DNA of 64,000 nucleotides from Burkholderiales bacterium (lineage in GTDB: Bacteria; Pseudomonadota; Gammaproteobacteria; Burkholderiales; SG8-41): the NCBI GenBank assembly GCA_022841375.1, contig JALHRQ010000006.1:7819-71818 (forward strand). Reading direction: 5' to 3'. Below, in pieces: positions 1-8,908 of this stretch. Below the pieces are notes generated by a model, which had not been told where the DNA came from, searched no databases, and saw nothing but the letters and a program-made list of their open reading frames with translations. Position numbers and translations under genes: made by a program. Each line of letters starts with the position of its first letter. Within the stretch, counting starts at the first letter, position 1.

Positions 1-1
1 G

Positions 2-550
2 ATGCAGCATGCGGTGAAGGATTTGCCGGATGAAACCCTTATTTTTCTGCTGGGCAGCCGATACTGTGAAACGGATCATCTGTGTGAAAAAGCTTGGGGA
101 TTGTTTGCGGATGTGCCGCCGGGCTGGGAGCGTGTTCAGGCGATATGCGATTTTGTTCATCACCACATTGCCTTCGGCTACGAGCACGCGAGCAGTACCC
201 GGACGGCGCTCGAAGCTTTTGAGGGCAAGGTGGGTGTATGCCGCGATTATGCGCACCTGGCTGTGGCGCTTTGCCGATGCATGAACATTCCCGCGCGCTA
301 TTGCACCGGTTACCTGGGTGATATCGGCATGCCGCCACCGTACGGCAAGCCCGACTTTGCCGCATGGTTCGAAGCCTATCTCGGCGGACAGTGGCATACC
401 TTTGATGCGCGAAACAACACACCGCGAATCGGCAGGGTGCTGATTGCGCGGGGCCGTGACGCCTCCGACGTAGCGATCAGCAATATGTTCGGCGCCACGC
501 AGTTGACTGGTTTCAGGGTCTGGACGGATGAAGTAAATCCCGCGAATTGA
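2..550 (+). CDS. transglutaminase-like cysteine protease family protein (C-terminal part; 5' end outside window)
   Basis: ORF is open to the window edge. It has the Cys motif GVCRDYAHL and a downstream WHTFDARN (His/Asp), typical of the bacterial transglutaminase-like core. Confidence 0.8.
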   Translation: MQHAVKDLPDETLIFLLGSRYCETDHLCEKAWGLFADVPPGWERVQAICDFVHHHIAFGYEHASSTRTALEAFEGKVGVCRDYAHLAVALCRCMNIPARYCTGYLGDIGMPPPYGKPDFAAWFEAYLGGQWHTFDARNNTPRIGRVLIARGRDASDVAISNMFGATQLTGFRVWTDEVNPAN

Positions 551-647
551 ACCGTTGGTGTTGTGTGTGACAGCGTACGGCGTAGCACGGGGTCGCGGCA
601 AATAATCAGCGAATGTTGCGATTATTTCTTTTCACGGAGTCGGTACA

Positions 648-1322
648 GTGAATCACATTCTTCCAACCTTGCCCTACGATCCTGCGGCACTGGAACCGCA
701 TATTGATTCCCGCACCATGGCGCTGCACCACGATGTTCATCACGCCACGTATGTAAACAACCTGAATGCGGCGATTGCGCCTCACCCGGAACTGCATGGG
801 CGCACGGCGAGCTGGTTGCTGCGCAATCGCGGCAAAATTCCGGTGGCCGCGAGAAACGCCGTGCATAACAACGCGGGCGGTCACCTCAATCACAGCATGC
901 TCTGGCGGATGATGTCGCCCGACGGCGGCGGTGAGCCTTCAGGCGTTCTGGCCGAGGCCATCCGGCGTGATTTTGGCGGCTTTAATGCGTTCAAGAACCG
1001 TTTTGCCGAAGCCGGTGCCCGATTGTTCGGATCCGGCTGGGTGTGGCTGGTCAGCGTACCGCAAGAAGGCGGTCAACTAAAAATTGAGACTACGGTCGGA
1101 CATGACAATCCATTGACGCTGGGCCATTTTCCGTTGATGGTGAATGATCTCTGGGAGCATGCTTATTACCTCAAGCACCGGAACAGTCGTCCCGAGTATC
1201 TGGATAGCTGGTGGGCGGTTGCCAATTGGGGTGAGGCAGCCCGTCAGTTTGGGCGCTCCCTGGGGGATGCGGATGAACAGCCACAGGGTGAGGTGGTATT
1301 CAAAGTACCCGCGATGGCATAG
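648..1322 (+). CDS. Fe/Mn-family superoxide dismutase (Mn-type GGHxNH signature)
   Basis: GTG start. Motifs LPYDPAALEPHID, HHDVHHATYVNNLN, NNAGGHLNHS and DLWEHAYYL carry the metal ligands. Confidence 0.93.
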   Translation: MNHILPTLPYDPAALEPHIDSRTMALHHDVHHATYVNNLNAAIAPHPELHGRTASWLLRNRGKIPVAARNAVHNNAGGHLNHSMLWRMMSPDGGGEPSGVLAEAIRRDFGGFNAFKNRFAEAGARLFGSGWVWLVSVPQEGGQLKIETTVGHDNPLTLGHFPLMVNDLWEHAYYLKHRNSRPEYLDSWWAVANWGEAARQFGRSLGDADEQPQGEVVFKVPAMA

Positions 1323-1384
1323 TCCTGTGGCATTGGCCGGCCAGCCGTTTTTACTCGAGATCCCCGTCCCGCCTCACTCCGGGT

Positions 1385-1425
1385 TAAAAAAACAGGCCCC
1401 CGGTCATGAGGATGAACCGGAGGCC
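1385..1425 (-). terminator. rho-independent terminator (minus-strand orientation)
   Basis: On the minus strand, GGCCTCCGGTTCAT-CCTC-ATGACCGGGGGCC is followed by TGTTTTTTT. It lies about 137 nt downstream of the 1562 stop. Confidence 0.55.
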
Positions 1426-1561
1426 TCAACCGCCGGTCTTCTTCAGGGGTAAGAAGCAGGCGGGTGTTCTTTAATTATCGGGATCCTGGCAATTCCGCTC
1501 CGTACGGTATCGCACATAAGACCTGAATTTACTGCCGTTTTGGGGGGCTCTTTTGCACCCT

Positions 1562-2632
1562 TCATTTTGGACGCGGCCTGGACAGCACCGCCCGCCCGCG
1601 TTGAAACCGGCCCGATCGTAATTCGAAGACAGCGGTTGCTACTGCCCGCGCTACGTTGCGGGTTTCCTCCTGAATCGGCAGGTCTTCGTCCAGTGATTCA
1701 TGACTGGTCGCATAAGGTTCGTAGTAGCCGATATGGCGACCCAGCCGGGCCTCCCACCCTGCGTCCATAAAACCCATCCAGTCCAGCCAATCCGAAAGCG
1801 CGCGGCGCGATTCTTCAACACCGGCCACATCGCCGTGAACAACCAGACCGTAGGCGCGCCCGGCAAGATGTTGCGGGTAGTCCCACCCGTCCATCTCCAG
1901 GGCCTTTGCCTTGCCGGCCTTTTTACCGCCGGTTGATGTCGGATCCGGGTTGCCGCCATCGGCGCAGACCAGCCGGTCAATCATCAATTTCAGCGGGCTC
2001 GGGCTCTGGTACCAATAAACCGGCGAAACGATGATGACCGCATGGGCTGCCGTCCAGCGCTCGTAAATTTCCGCCATCCAGTCGTTTGTCTGGTTGAGCG
2101 CGTAGTTGGGATAACAACTGCAGGGCCAATGGCACAGCGGCATTGCGGTGGACACGCAGCCTTTGCAGGGGTGGATATGTCGTCCGTAATCAGAGGTCAG
2201 CAGGCTCAGGTCAAGAACGTCGGTCTGGATGGCCGCCGGTTCCAGCGTCTTTCGTGCAATTTCCAGCAAACGGAACGACTTGGATATTTCCCCGGGGCAG
2301 GTGCCGTCGTTGCGCGCTGAACCGCAGATGAGCAGCACCCGCGACGGACTGGCGGAATCCGCCCATTGCCGTTGTGCCTCGGCAATGCGCTCCCGGGTGA
2401 CTACCCATTCCGATGACAACTGGTAATCGGGATCGGCATATCCGGGTCCGGCTTTTTGGGTAAAAGGCGCCTTGCGGCCTTCGGTATAGGCCTGCCAGGC
2501 GATTTCCTCGAGACGGTCAAGCGACTGATCCTCGGCACGGAATGCCGGGTCCTTGAAAGCGGCGCGAAAGCGCGTGTTGAACTCAAGCCGCAACAGTTTT
2601 TCTGGAGCCTGTCCCTTGCGAATCTGGATCAT
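1562..2632 (-). CDS. flavodoxin-like / NADPH-dependent FMN reductase-like protein with a Cys-rich (iron-sulfur flavoprotein-like) motif
   Basis: LLICGSARNDGTCPG matches the flavodoxin-fold P-loop-like start. There is a Cys cluster, HPCKGCVSTAMPLCHWPCSC. ATG 2632 was chosen because the longer ORF (2689) overlaps the upstream gene. Confidence 0.7.
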   Translation of the reverse strand: MIQIRKGQAPEKLLRLEFNTRFRAAFKDPAFRAEDQSLDRLEEIAWQAYTEGRKAPFTQKAGPGYADPDYQLSSEWVVTRERIAEAQRQWADSASPSRVLLICGSARNDGTCPGEISKSFRLLEIARKTLEPAAIQTDVLDLSLLTSDYGRHIHPCKGCVSTAMPLCHWPCSCYPNYALNQTNDWMAEIYERWTAAHAVIIVSPVYWYQSPSPLKLMIDRLVCADGGNPDPTSTGGKKAGKAKALEMDGWDYPQHLAGRAYGLVVHGDVAGVEESRRALSDWLDWMGFMDAGWEARLGRHIGYYEPYATSHESLDEDLPIQEETRNVARAVATAVFELRSGRFQRGRAVLSRPRPK

Positions 2633-2654
2633 GGGTGATCTTTCCGGGAGACGA

Positions 2655-2873
2655 TTATTTGCGGCTGACTGCAACCAGCAACACAACACCGATGACGATT
2701 GCGGCGGCGCTGGCGATCAGTGGAATATTGACCGTTTCCTTTTCCTGGACTTTGAGTTCGATAGGGCCCAGTTTTACGGCGGTCGTGTCTTTCGTGTAGC
2801 TGAAGCCGCCGTAGGCCAGGCCGAGGCCACCGGCGATGATCAGCAGGATGGCTGCGATTTTTGCGGAATTCAT
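2655..2873 (-). CDS. small two-TM membrane protein (DUF3185-like)
   Basis: 72 aa with hydrophobic N- and C-terminal helices flanking a short polar loop. It is tightly packed between neighbouring genes on the same strand. Confidence 0.6.
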   Translation of the reverse strand: MNSAKIAAILLIIAGGLGLAYGGFSYTKDTTAVKLGPIELKVQEKETVNIPLIASAAAIVIGVVLLVAVSRK

Positions 2874-2911
2874 TTTTGGTTTCTCCGAAATGTTGAAAGT
2901 GGTTGTGGTTG

Positions 2912-3562
2912 TCAGTTGGTATTTTTTACCGGCGTGTTGCGCGCCCCTTCTGCGCAGAAAATCGCCACCTTTGCGAGCACGGTTTGAACCACGCTGTTGG
3001 CGGCCACCACGCCGCCGTAAGGATCTTCGCTGGCGGCGTCAACTGTTGCGTCAAATTCCTGCCACACCCGGATACGGCGTGTCTTGCTGTCAACCAGATG
3101 AACGCGCAGCGTGAAGCGCACCTGGCTCGGCGAGGTTCTGAAATCGTGCTGCAGACGGATGACCTGGGTGTCCAGCCGCAGGTCACTTACAGTCGCGCCG
3201 GGTTTTTGCACGACGGATGCGAAGGCGCCGGTGTTGGTGAGTGCGGCGAGGAGCAATGGCGCAAGCATGTGTGCCGGCGGTTCCACCCAGGCACTGTTTG
3301 CAAAATATTCGAGTCTGTGGGCATCACGCACATAGATCAGCCGCGGGCTGTCGAATCCTGCTGCTGCCTGCGGCGGATTAATGGTCAGAGTCGGCGCTTC
3401 TGGAGCGGCCGCTACGGTGGCCAGTTTCGTCGGGTTGTCGAGCAAGTAGAACACCGTATGCGGCGCGACTGCAGGACGCAGGGCAGTGCACGCGCAGAGG
3501 GCCGTTAACAAAAGCGCGGCGATGCACAGCCTTACCCGTCGCACAAGAATGGACTGTTTCAT
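2912..3562 (-). CDS. ABC-type transport auxiliary lipoprotein (PqiC/YmbA-like, DUF330)
   Basis: Lipobox LTALCAC. A 4-nt overlap with the upstream MCE gene makes it the last gene of the permease-ATPase-MCE-lipoprotein operon. Confidence 0.75.
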   Translation of the reverse strand: MKQSILVRRVRLCIAALLLTALCACTALRPAVAPHTVFYLLDNPTKLATVAAAPEAPTLTINPPQAAAGFDSPRLIYVRDAHRLEYFANSAWVEPPAHMLAPLLLAALTNTGAFASVVQKPGATVSDLRLDTQVIRLQHDFRTSPSQVRFTLRVHLVDSKTRRIRVWQEFDATVDAASEDPYGGVVAANSVVQTVLAKVAIFCAEGARNTPVKNTN

Positions 3563-4509
3563 TGTTTTCCAGTCCCGGTGATGATTTCGCCCGGTCCCGC
3601 CGGAACCGGCGTGCGGCCAAAAAGAAAGCTTCGCGGATCGCGCTCGGTCTGTTCGCTCAGACGGTGCAGTGAATTGGCCAGCGTGCCCAGATCGCCCATC
3701 AGGCGTTCCAGTTCGGGCAGCGTTTCCGCGGCGAAGCGATTGATGTCAGATCCGGCGGAGTCGATCATCTTGCCGGTGCTGATGCTGGTGCGGGCAACTT
3801 CGGCGCCCATTTGTTCGATGGCTTCTGCGCTGCGTTCGATGCGTTCCAGTACCGGGGCCGCCTGTGCGCTCAGTCGCGAGGCGTTTTCAAATGTAAGGGC
3901 CGCACTGCGGATGCCCGCGTCGATCGTCGTTTTGCGTGCGGCGAGGCCATTCGCCACCGAGGCAATGTCCGCAAGTGCGCTTTTGAATGCAGCCTGGTTT
4001 TCGTCGCTGAGCAGTTCGTCGATATGAGTGGACGTGCTGTCCATTTTTGCCAGCACGGTTGTCAGTACATTTTCCAGACGTGCGCTGAGTGAGGGTTTGG
4101 TCAGAATCACCGGATAGATCTCCGGCGCGATGGCGAGCAACGGCGGCGAATTGCGGTTGCCGCCGCTGAGTTCGACATAGGCAATGCCCGTCAGTCCCTG
4201 GGTTTTCAGCACGGCCACGGTGTCCACCTTGATGGGTGTGCCGCGCTCGATCGCGAAAATCAGCCGCACGCGTTCCGGGTTGCCGGGGTCAAGCTGAATC
4301 TCCCGTACCTTGCCCACGTCCACGCCGTTGTATTTGACCGGTGCGTTCAGATTCAGACCGGCCACCGATTCGTCCACGTTGGCCAGATACGGATCGTATT
4401 TTTTTTGCAGTGCGCCGCCCGCGGCCAGCCACAGGGCTACCGCAATCAGTGCGGCGGCCAGCACCAGCACAAATGCCCCGACGATTGCGTAGTTGACCTT
4501 GGTTTCCAT
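3559..4509 (-). CDS. MlaD/MCE-domain protein
   Basis: N-terminal TM helix, then an MCE core (NAPVKYNGVDVGKV...LKTQGLTGIAYVELSGG) and a long helical C-terminus. Confidence 0.88.
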   Translation of the reverse strand: METKVNYAIVGAFVLVLAAALIAVALWLAAGGALQKKYDPYLANVDESVAGLNLNAPVKYNGVDVGKVREIQLDPGNPERVRLIFAIERGTPIKVDTVAVLKTQGLTGIAYVELSGGNRNSPPLLAIAPEIYPVILTKPSLSARLENVLTTVLAKMDSTSTHIDELLSDENQAAFKSALADIASVANGLAARKTTIDAGIRSAALTFENASRLSAQAAPVLERIERSAEAIEQMGAEVARTSISTGKMIDSAGSDINRFAAETLPELERLMGDLGTLANSLHRLSEQTERDPRSFLFGRTPVPAGPGEIITGTGKQ

Positions 4510-4533
4510 TATAAGTATTTGTTTTTAAACATT

Positions 4534-5325
4534 TTATTTTTGTGTTTGATGCTGACTGGCAGCGTGGCTGCGTGGTCCCTCGAAGTACGGGCGGATCGCG
4601 GGATGATCCATGCGTGCGAGTTCGGACATTGATCCCAGACCCTGCACCTTGCCATCGGCGAGGACGGCGACACGGTCAGCCACCTGCCACAGCAGATCGA
4701 GGTCGTGGGTAATCATCACGATGGTCAGGCCGAACACATCGCGCAGTTTGAGCACCAGCTGGTCGACGCCGGCGGCGCTTTCCGGATCGAGACCTGCGGT
4801 GGGCTCGTCGAGAAACAGCAGTTCGGGGTCAAGCGCCATGGCGCGGGCCAGTGAGGCGCGCTTCAGCATGCCGCCGCTGAGTTCAGAGGGGTACTGTGAT
4901 GCCACTTCCGGTTTAAGGCCGCTCATCGCGATTTTCCATCTCGCCAGTTCGTCGATCAGCGCGTCGTCCAGCCGGGTGTGTTCGCGCAGCGGCAAACCCA
5001 CGTTTTCCAGCACCGTCAGCGAACCGAACAGGCCCCCGTGCTGGAACATCACGCCCCAGCGCTGACGCAGTGCGGCAGCAGCATCGTCCGTCAACTGCTG
5101 CAGGTCGGCCCCCAGAATGCTGATCGAGCCCGAGTCCGGGCGTTGCAACAGGATCATTTCCCGCAACAGAGTCGATTTGCCGGAACCGCTGCCGCCGATG
5201 ACGGCAAATATTTCCGCGCGCCGGACTTCCAGATCAACCCCCGAATGCACGACTTGATCACCGAAACGGGTGGCTACTTTGCTGATTTCAATCACGGGGA
5301 CGGAATTTTGGGTGATGTTCGGCAT
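4534..5325 (-). CDS. ABC transporter ATP-binding protein (MlaF-like)
   Basis: Walker A GGSGSGKST, signature LSGGMLKR and Walker B LLFLDEPT. ATG 5325 lies 1 nt from the permease stop (TGACATG). Confidence 0.92.
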   Translation of the reverse strand: MPNITQNSVPVIEISKVATRFGDQVVHSGVDLEVRRAEIFAVIGGSGSGKSTLLREMILLQRPDSGSISILGADLQQLTDDAAAALRQRWGVMFQHGGLFGSLTVLENVGLPLREHTRLDDALIDELARWKIAMSGLKPEVASQYPSELSGGMLKRASLARAMALDPELLFLDEPTAGLDPESAAGVDQLVLKLRDVFGLTIVMITHDLDLLWQVADRVAVLADGKVQGLGSMSELARMDHPAIRPYFEGPRSHAASQHQTQK

Positions 5326-5326
5326 G

Positions 5327-6439
5327 TCAGATGTCCAGCACACTGAAGATGACGGAGAACAACGCGTCGGCAACGATCACCAGGAATATGGATTGCACGA
5401 CGCTGCGTGTTGTCTGCCGGCCGACGCTGTCGGCCCCGCCTTTGGTGCGGAAGCCCTGAAAGCAGCCGACAATGGCAATGATGGCTGCGAATACCGGCGC
5501 CTTGCAGATGCCGGACAGATAGGCGGTAACGCTGACGGCTTTGACGAAACGGTCCAGAAAGTCGCCGAAACCGACCTGCAGCTGCGCCTGCGCCATGATC
5601 ATCCCGCCCAGTACACCGAGTGCATCTGCATAAACCGTCAGCAACGGCATGACGATGATCAGTGCGAGAATTTTGGGCAGCACCAGCAGATCCAGCGGGG
5701 GGATGCCGAGCGTGCGCATCGCATCGATTTCCTCGGTCACGGACATCGCGCCGATCTGCGCGGCATAGGCGGAGCCCGAGCGTCCGGCAATGATGATGGC
5801 GGTGATCAGCGGGGCGAATTCCCGAACCATGGACAGCCCGACGAGATCAGCGACAAAAATGTTCGCGCCGTATTGGCGCAACTGGTCTGCGCCCTGGTAG
5901 GCGACGACGATGCCGAGCATGAACGACAGCAGACCGACGATGGGCAGCGCATCAAAACCGGCGCTGCGTATGTTGTAGAGAACGGTGCGCCAGCGGATTC
6001 GTTGCGGGTGAGCAATGCAGCCTGCAAATGCAATCGCTGTTTCACCGACGAAGCTGAGCAGTGCAGCCATTTGCTCAAAGAACGCGGCGGTGCTTTTGCC
6101 GATGCCGGCAAGATTTGATGTGCTGGGGATGGCTGGCGGGGCCACCGCAGAGGCAGCCTGTTGGCCTGCAATTTTCAGCAGCCGGGCGAAATCCGGCCTC
6201 AGACCGCTGATTTTTACCGGATGACCGTCGTTGCGCAGGCGTCCCAGGAGTTTTTGCAGAATCCACGCGCCGGCACTATCCAGCGCTTCAATGCGGCCGC
6301 CGTCGACGACCATTCCTGATGCTGCGTCGGACGGGAGTTTGTCCAACTGCTTTTCGATTGTACCAACCCCGCGGGCGGTCCATGAGCCCAACAGCGCTAG
6401 ATCCTGTGATGTCGTTCGAGCGAATGCGGCAGGGGCCAC
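5327..6439 (-). CDS. MlaE-family ABC permease with N-terminal STAS-like domain
   Basis: A soluble segment of about 100 aa (STAS-like, ...ALDSAGAWILQKLL...) is fused to a multi-TM MlaE core. GTG start. Confidence 0.85.
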   Translation of the reverse strand: MAPAAFARTTSQDLALLGSWTARGVGTIEKQLDKLPSDAASGMVVDGGRIEALDSAGAWILQKLLGRLRNDGHPVKISGLRPDFARLLKIAGQQAASAVAPPAIPSTSNLAGIGKSTAAFFEQMAALLSFVGETAIAFAGCIAHPQRIRWRTVLYNIRSAGFDALPIVGLLSFMLGIVVAYQGADQLRQYGANIFVADLVGLSMVREFAPLITAIIIAGRSGSAYAAQIGAMSVTEEIDAMRTLGIPPLDLLVLPKILALIIVMPLLTVYADALGVLGGMIMAQAQLQVGFGDFLDRFVKAVSVTAYLSGICKAPVFAAIIAIVGCFQGFRTKGGADSVGRQTTRSVVQSIFLVIVADALFSVIFSVLDI

Positions 6440-6555
6440 AGCAATAGGTCCATAAAGACAACGAAGTTAGTGCAAATTTCCTGCGCGGTATGTTTGCAAG
6501 CGTACGGACTCTCCGGGGCATACCGGTGAGATGGGTGTGATGACGCAGTGCTGGG

Positions 6556-6574
6556 TTTGCAGGGGCGCTGCAAA
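6556..6574. promoter_or_regulatory. inverted repeat TTTGCAG-N5-CTGCAAA in divergent intergenic region
   Basis: Perfect 7-bp arms between the mla-like operon (minus) and the glycine-zipper gene (plus). Function is unknown. Confidence 0.25.
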
Positions 6575-6699
6575 TTTAGTGGCCGGGGCCATGTGTGTGC
6601 GATCGTACAGACCGTCCCGGAGGAATGCGGATACTTGTTGTTAGCAGTATTACGACGAACAACGCCGTGATTCGAACCCCCAATCAACCGGAAAACGCC

Positions 6700-7200
6700 A
6701 TGAATACCTTCAACAGAATCGGAACCGCGCTCGGCCTGTGCGCGCTTGTTGCATTTGCAGGGTGCGGGACTACGAACAGCCCCGGCACTACCTCCAACCC
6801 CGGAAACTCCGGCTCAGTGAACTCAAGTGGTGCTGCCTACTCGGGTTATGGCGTGGTTCAGGCGATTGAACTGCTTCAGCAGAACACCACTGCCAATTCC
6901 GGAATCGGCGGCAGCGGGATCGGCATTGGAGCCATCGCCGGCGCAGTTGTCGGCGGCGTGCTGGGTAACCAGGTCGGCGGCGGTACCGGCCAGACCGTGG
7001 CAACGGTCGCGGGCGCTGCGGGCGGTGCGTATGTGGGCAACGAAATCGAAAAGAGCCAGCAAAAGAAGACCGCTGATGCTTACAAAGTGACCGTGCGCAT
7101 GGACAGTGGTGCCACGCAATATGTGACACAGAACAACAACGCCGGACTGCGTGTGGGTGACCGGGTTCGCATCGATAACGGTTACGTGCAGCGTTATTAA
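6700..7200 (+). CDS. glycine-zipper outer-membrane lipoprotein (SlyB / 17 kDa antigen-like)
   Basis: Lipobox VAFAGCG. Gly-zipper GAIAGAVVGGVLGNQVGGGTGQTVATVAGAAGGAYVG. C-terminal YKVTVRMDSGATQ...GDRVRI module. ATG 6700 was chosen from the signal peptide. Confidence 0.85.
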   Translation: MNTFNRIGTALGLCALVAFAGCGTTNSPGTTSNPGNSGSVNSSGAAYSGYGVVQAIELLQQNTTANSGIGGSGIGIGAIAGAVVGGVLGNQVGGGTGQTVATVAGAAGGAYVGNEIEKSQQKKTADAYKVTVRMDSGATQYVTQNNNAGLRVGDRVRIDNGYVQRY

Positions 7201-7235
7201 ATCCGGAACCTGGCGCTTGTCGGCGACAACCTGTC

Positions 7236-7673
7236 ATGAACTCATTCACCGACAGGCCCGGGTATGTGTTGGCAATGCTTTCGGGTGTTGCAGTCATTCT
7301 GTTTAGTAGTGCGGGCGTTGCGCGTATGATCGGCTGGAGCGGGGATTTCTTCGGTAACCCGGGCAGCGCTCCGATTGCGAAGGCGGCGGTGGTGTCAAAA
7401 CCCGGTCGCAGCAATACCCGGCGCATGTGTGCCCATTGCGGCGTGATTACTTCGATGCGGGAAATTGCAGTGGGCAGTCAAGAGTCCGGGCAAAAGGCTT
7501 TCACTGTTGACACAGCCAGTGTGGGGCGCGAGCCAATCGTCCCGACCAGGAAATTTGAAATTGTTGTGCTCATGGCTGACGGATCCAGTCGTGTGTTCGA
7601 AGAACAACACCCCGCCAAATGGCGGGAGGGAGAGCGTCTGATTTTCATAGACGCCAGCAGCTTGTCAAACTGA
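7236..7673 (+). CDS. membrane-anchored protein with CxxCG motif and SlyB-family C-terminal module (no glycine zipper)
   Basis: N-terminal TM (VLAMLSGVAVILFSSAGVA), then CAHCGVITSMREI, then FEIVVLMADGSSRVF...GERLIFI, which aligns with the C-terminus of the 6700 gene. Confidence 0.7.
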   Translation: MNSFTDRPGYVLAMLSGVAVILFSSAGVARMIGWSGDFFGNPGSAPIAKAAVVSKPGRSNTRRMCAHCGVITSMREIAVGSQESGQKAFTVDTASVGREPIVPTRKFEIVVLMADGSSRVFEEQHPAKWREGERLIFIDASSLSN

Positions 7674-7704
7674 TAAGTGCGGACGCGCACTGCAAGGGGA
7701 GAGC

Positions 7705-8883
7705 GTGGAACATTCAGGCGGGGAAAAAGAGCTTGACCAAAGTCCAGGCTCAGTGGCTTCTATTGCCGAGAGCGCGGAGCCTCCAACCGGGACCCCAGGT
7801 TCCGAAATGAACATCGCAATCGTCGTGCTTGCGGTAATTGCCGTAGTAGGCGCTCTTTATCTGGCCCGTGCATTCATCCTGCCTCTGTTGATCGGCCTGC
7901 TCGCCAGTTACGCGTTAAGCCCGGTGGTCGAAATGCTGACACGGGTGCGTATCCCGCGAGCCATTGCTGCAGCACTGGTGATTATCGGACTGACCGGCGG
8001 CTTCACGTGGATGGTGTATTCGATGGCTGACGATGCCGCGCAAGTGATCGAAAAATTTCCGGAGGCCGCCAAGAAACTGCGTTTGAATTTGAGCGCATCC
8101 CGGGCCAGCGGTCCGACCGCGTTGCAGAACATGCAGGAAGCAGCCAACCAGCTCGAGGGAGCCGCCGCCGATGCGGCGAGCGGGAAAAAGCCGCCCCCCC
8201 GGTCCGGCACAGCGCGGGATGTCGCGCCTACCTCATGGTTGCGCGATTACATGATTGCGCAATCAATGCTGCTGTTTACCGTCGCCGCGCAAACCCCGAT
8301 CCTGTTGCTGCTGACCTATTTTCTGCTCGCTTCGGGCGTGCACTTCAGGCGCAAACTGGTGCGTTTTGTCGGCCCTTCATTGACGCGAAAAAAAGAAGCG
8401 GTGCGCATACTCGAAGAAGTCGACGTACAGGTTCAGCGATACCTTCTGGCCATGTTCATCTCCAATGTCCTCGTCGCAGTTTTTACCTGGGCGGCGTTTG
8501 CGCTTCTCGGAATGGAGCAGGCCGGTCTGTGGGGCGTGGCCGCTGGCATTCTGCATTTCATTCCGTATCTCGGGCCACTGGTCATTGCTGTCATCAGCGG
8601 TGCCGCTGCTTTTCTGCAGTTCGGCACCCCGCTGGCGGCTCTTTCGGTGGCCGGCGTCTCGCTGCTGGTCGCAGGGTTTATCGGTTTTGTGTTCACCACC
8701 TGGCTGCAAAGCCGCTACGCAGGCGTGAATGCGGCGGTATTGTTCCTTTCATTATTGTTCTTTGGCTGGCTGTGGGGTCTGGGCGGACTGCTGCTCAGTG
8801 CGCCCCTGGTGGCAATCGCCAAAGTGATTTGTGACCGGGTCGAATACCTCAAACCGACTGGAGAACTGCTGGGTCGCGACTGA
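7705..8883 (+). CDS. AI-2E family transporter (PerM/UPF0118)
   Basis: Multi-TM protein with the typical AI-2E C-terminal half (HFIPYLGP...LLSAPL). The start is uncertain: GTG 7705 has GGGGAGAG upstream, or ATG 7807. Confidence 0.85.
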   Translation: MEHSGGEKELDQSPGSVASIAESAEPPTGTPGSEMNIAIVVLAVIAVVGALYLARAFILPLLIGLLASYALSPVVEMLTRVRIPRAIAAALVIIGLTGGFTWMVYSMADDAAQVIEKFPEAAKKLRLNLSASRASGPTALQNMQEAANQLEGAAADAASGKKPPPRSGTARDVAPTSWLRDYMIAQSMLLFTVAAQTPILLLLTYFLLASGVHFRRKLVRFVGPSLTRKKEAVRILEEVDVQVQRYLLAMFISNVLVAVFTWAAFALLGMEQAGLWGVAAGILHFIPYLGPLVIAVISGAAAFLQFGTPLAALSVAGVSLLVAGFIGFVFTTWLQSRYAGVNAAVLFLSLLFFGWLWGLGGLLLSAPLVAIAKVICDRVEYLKPTGELLGRD

Positions 8884-8908
8884 TATCTTCGGCGCCTTGC
8901 CTGCCGGG

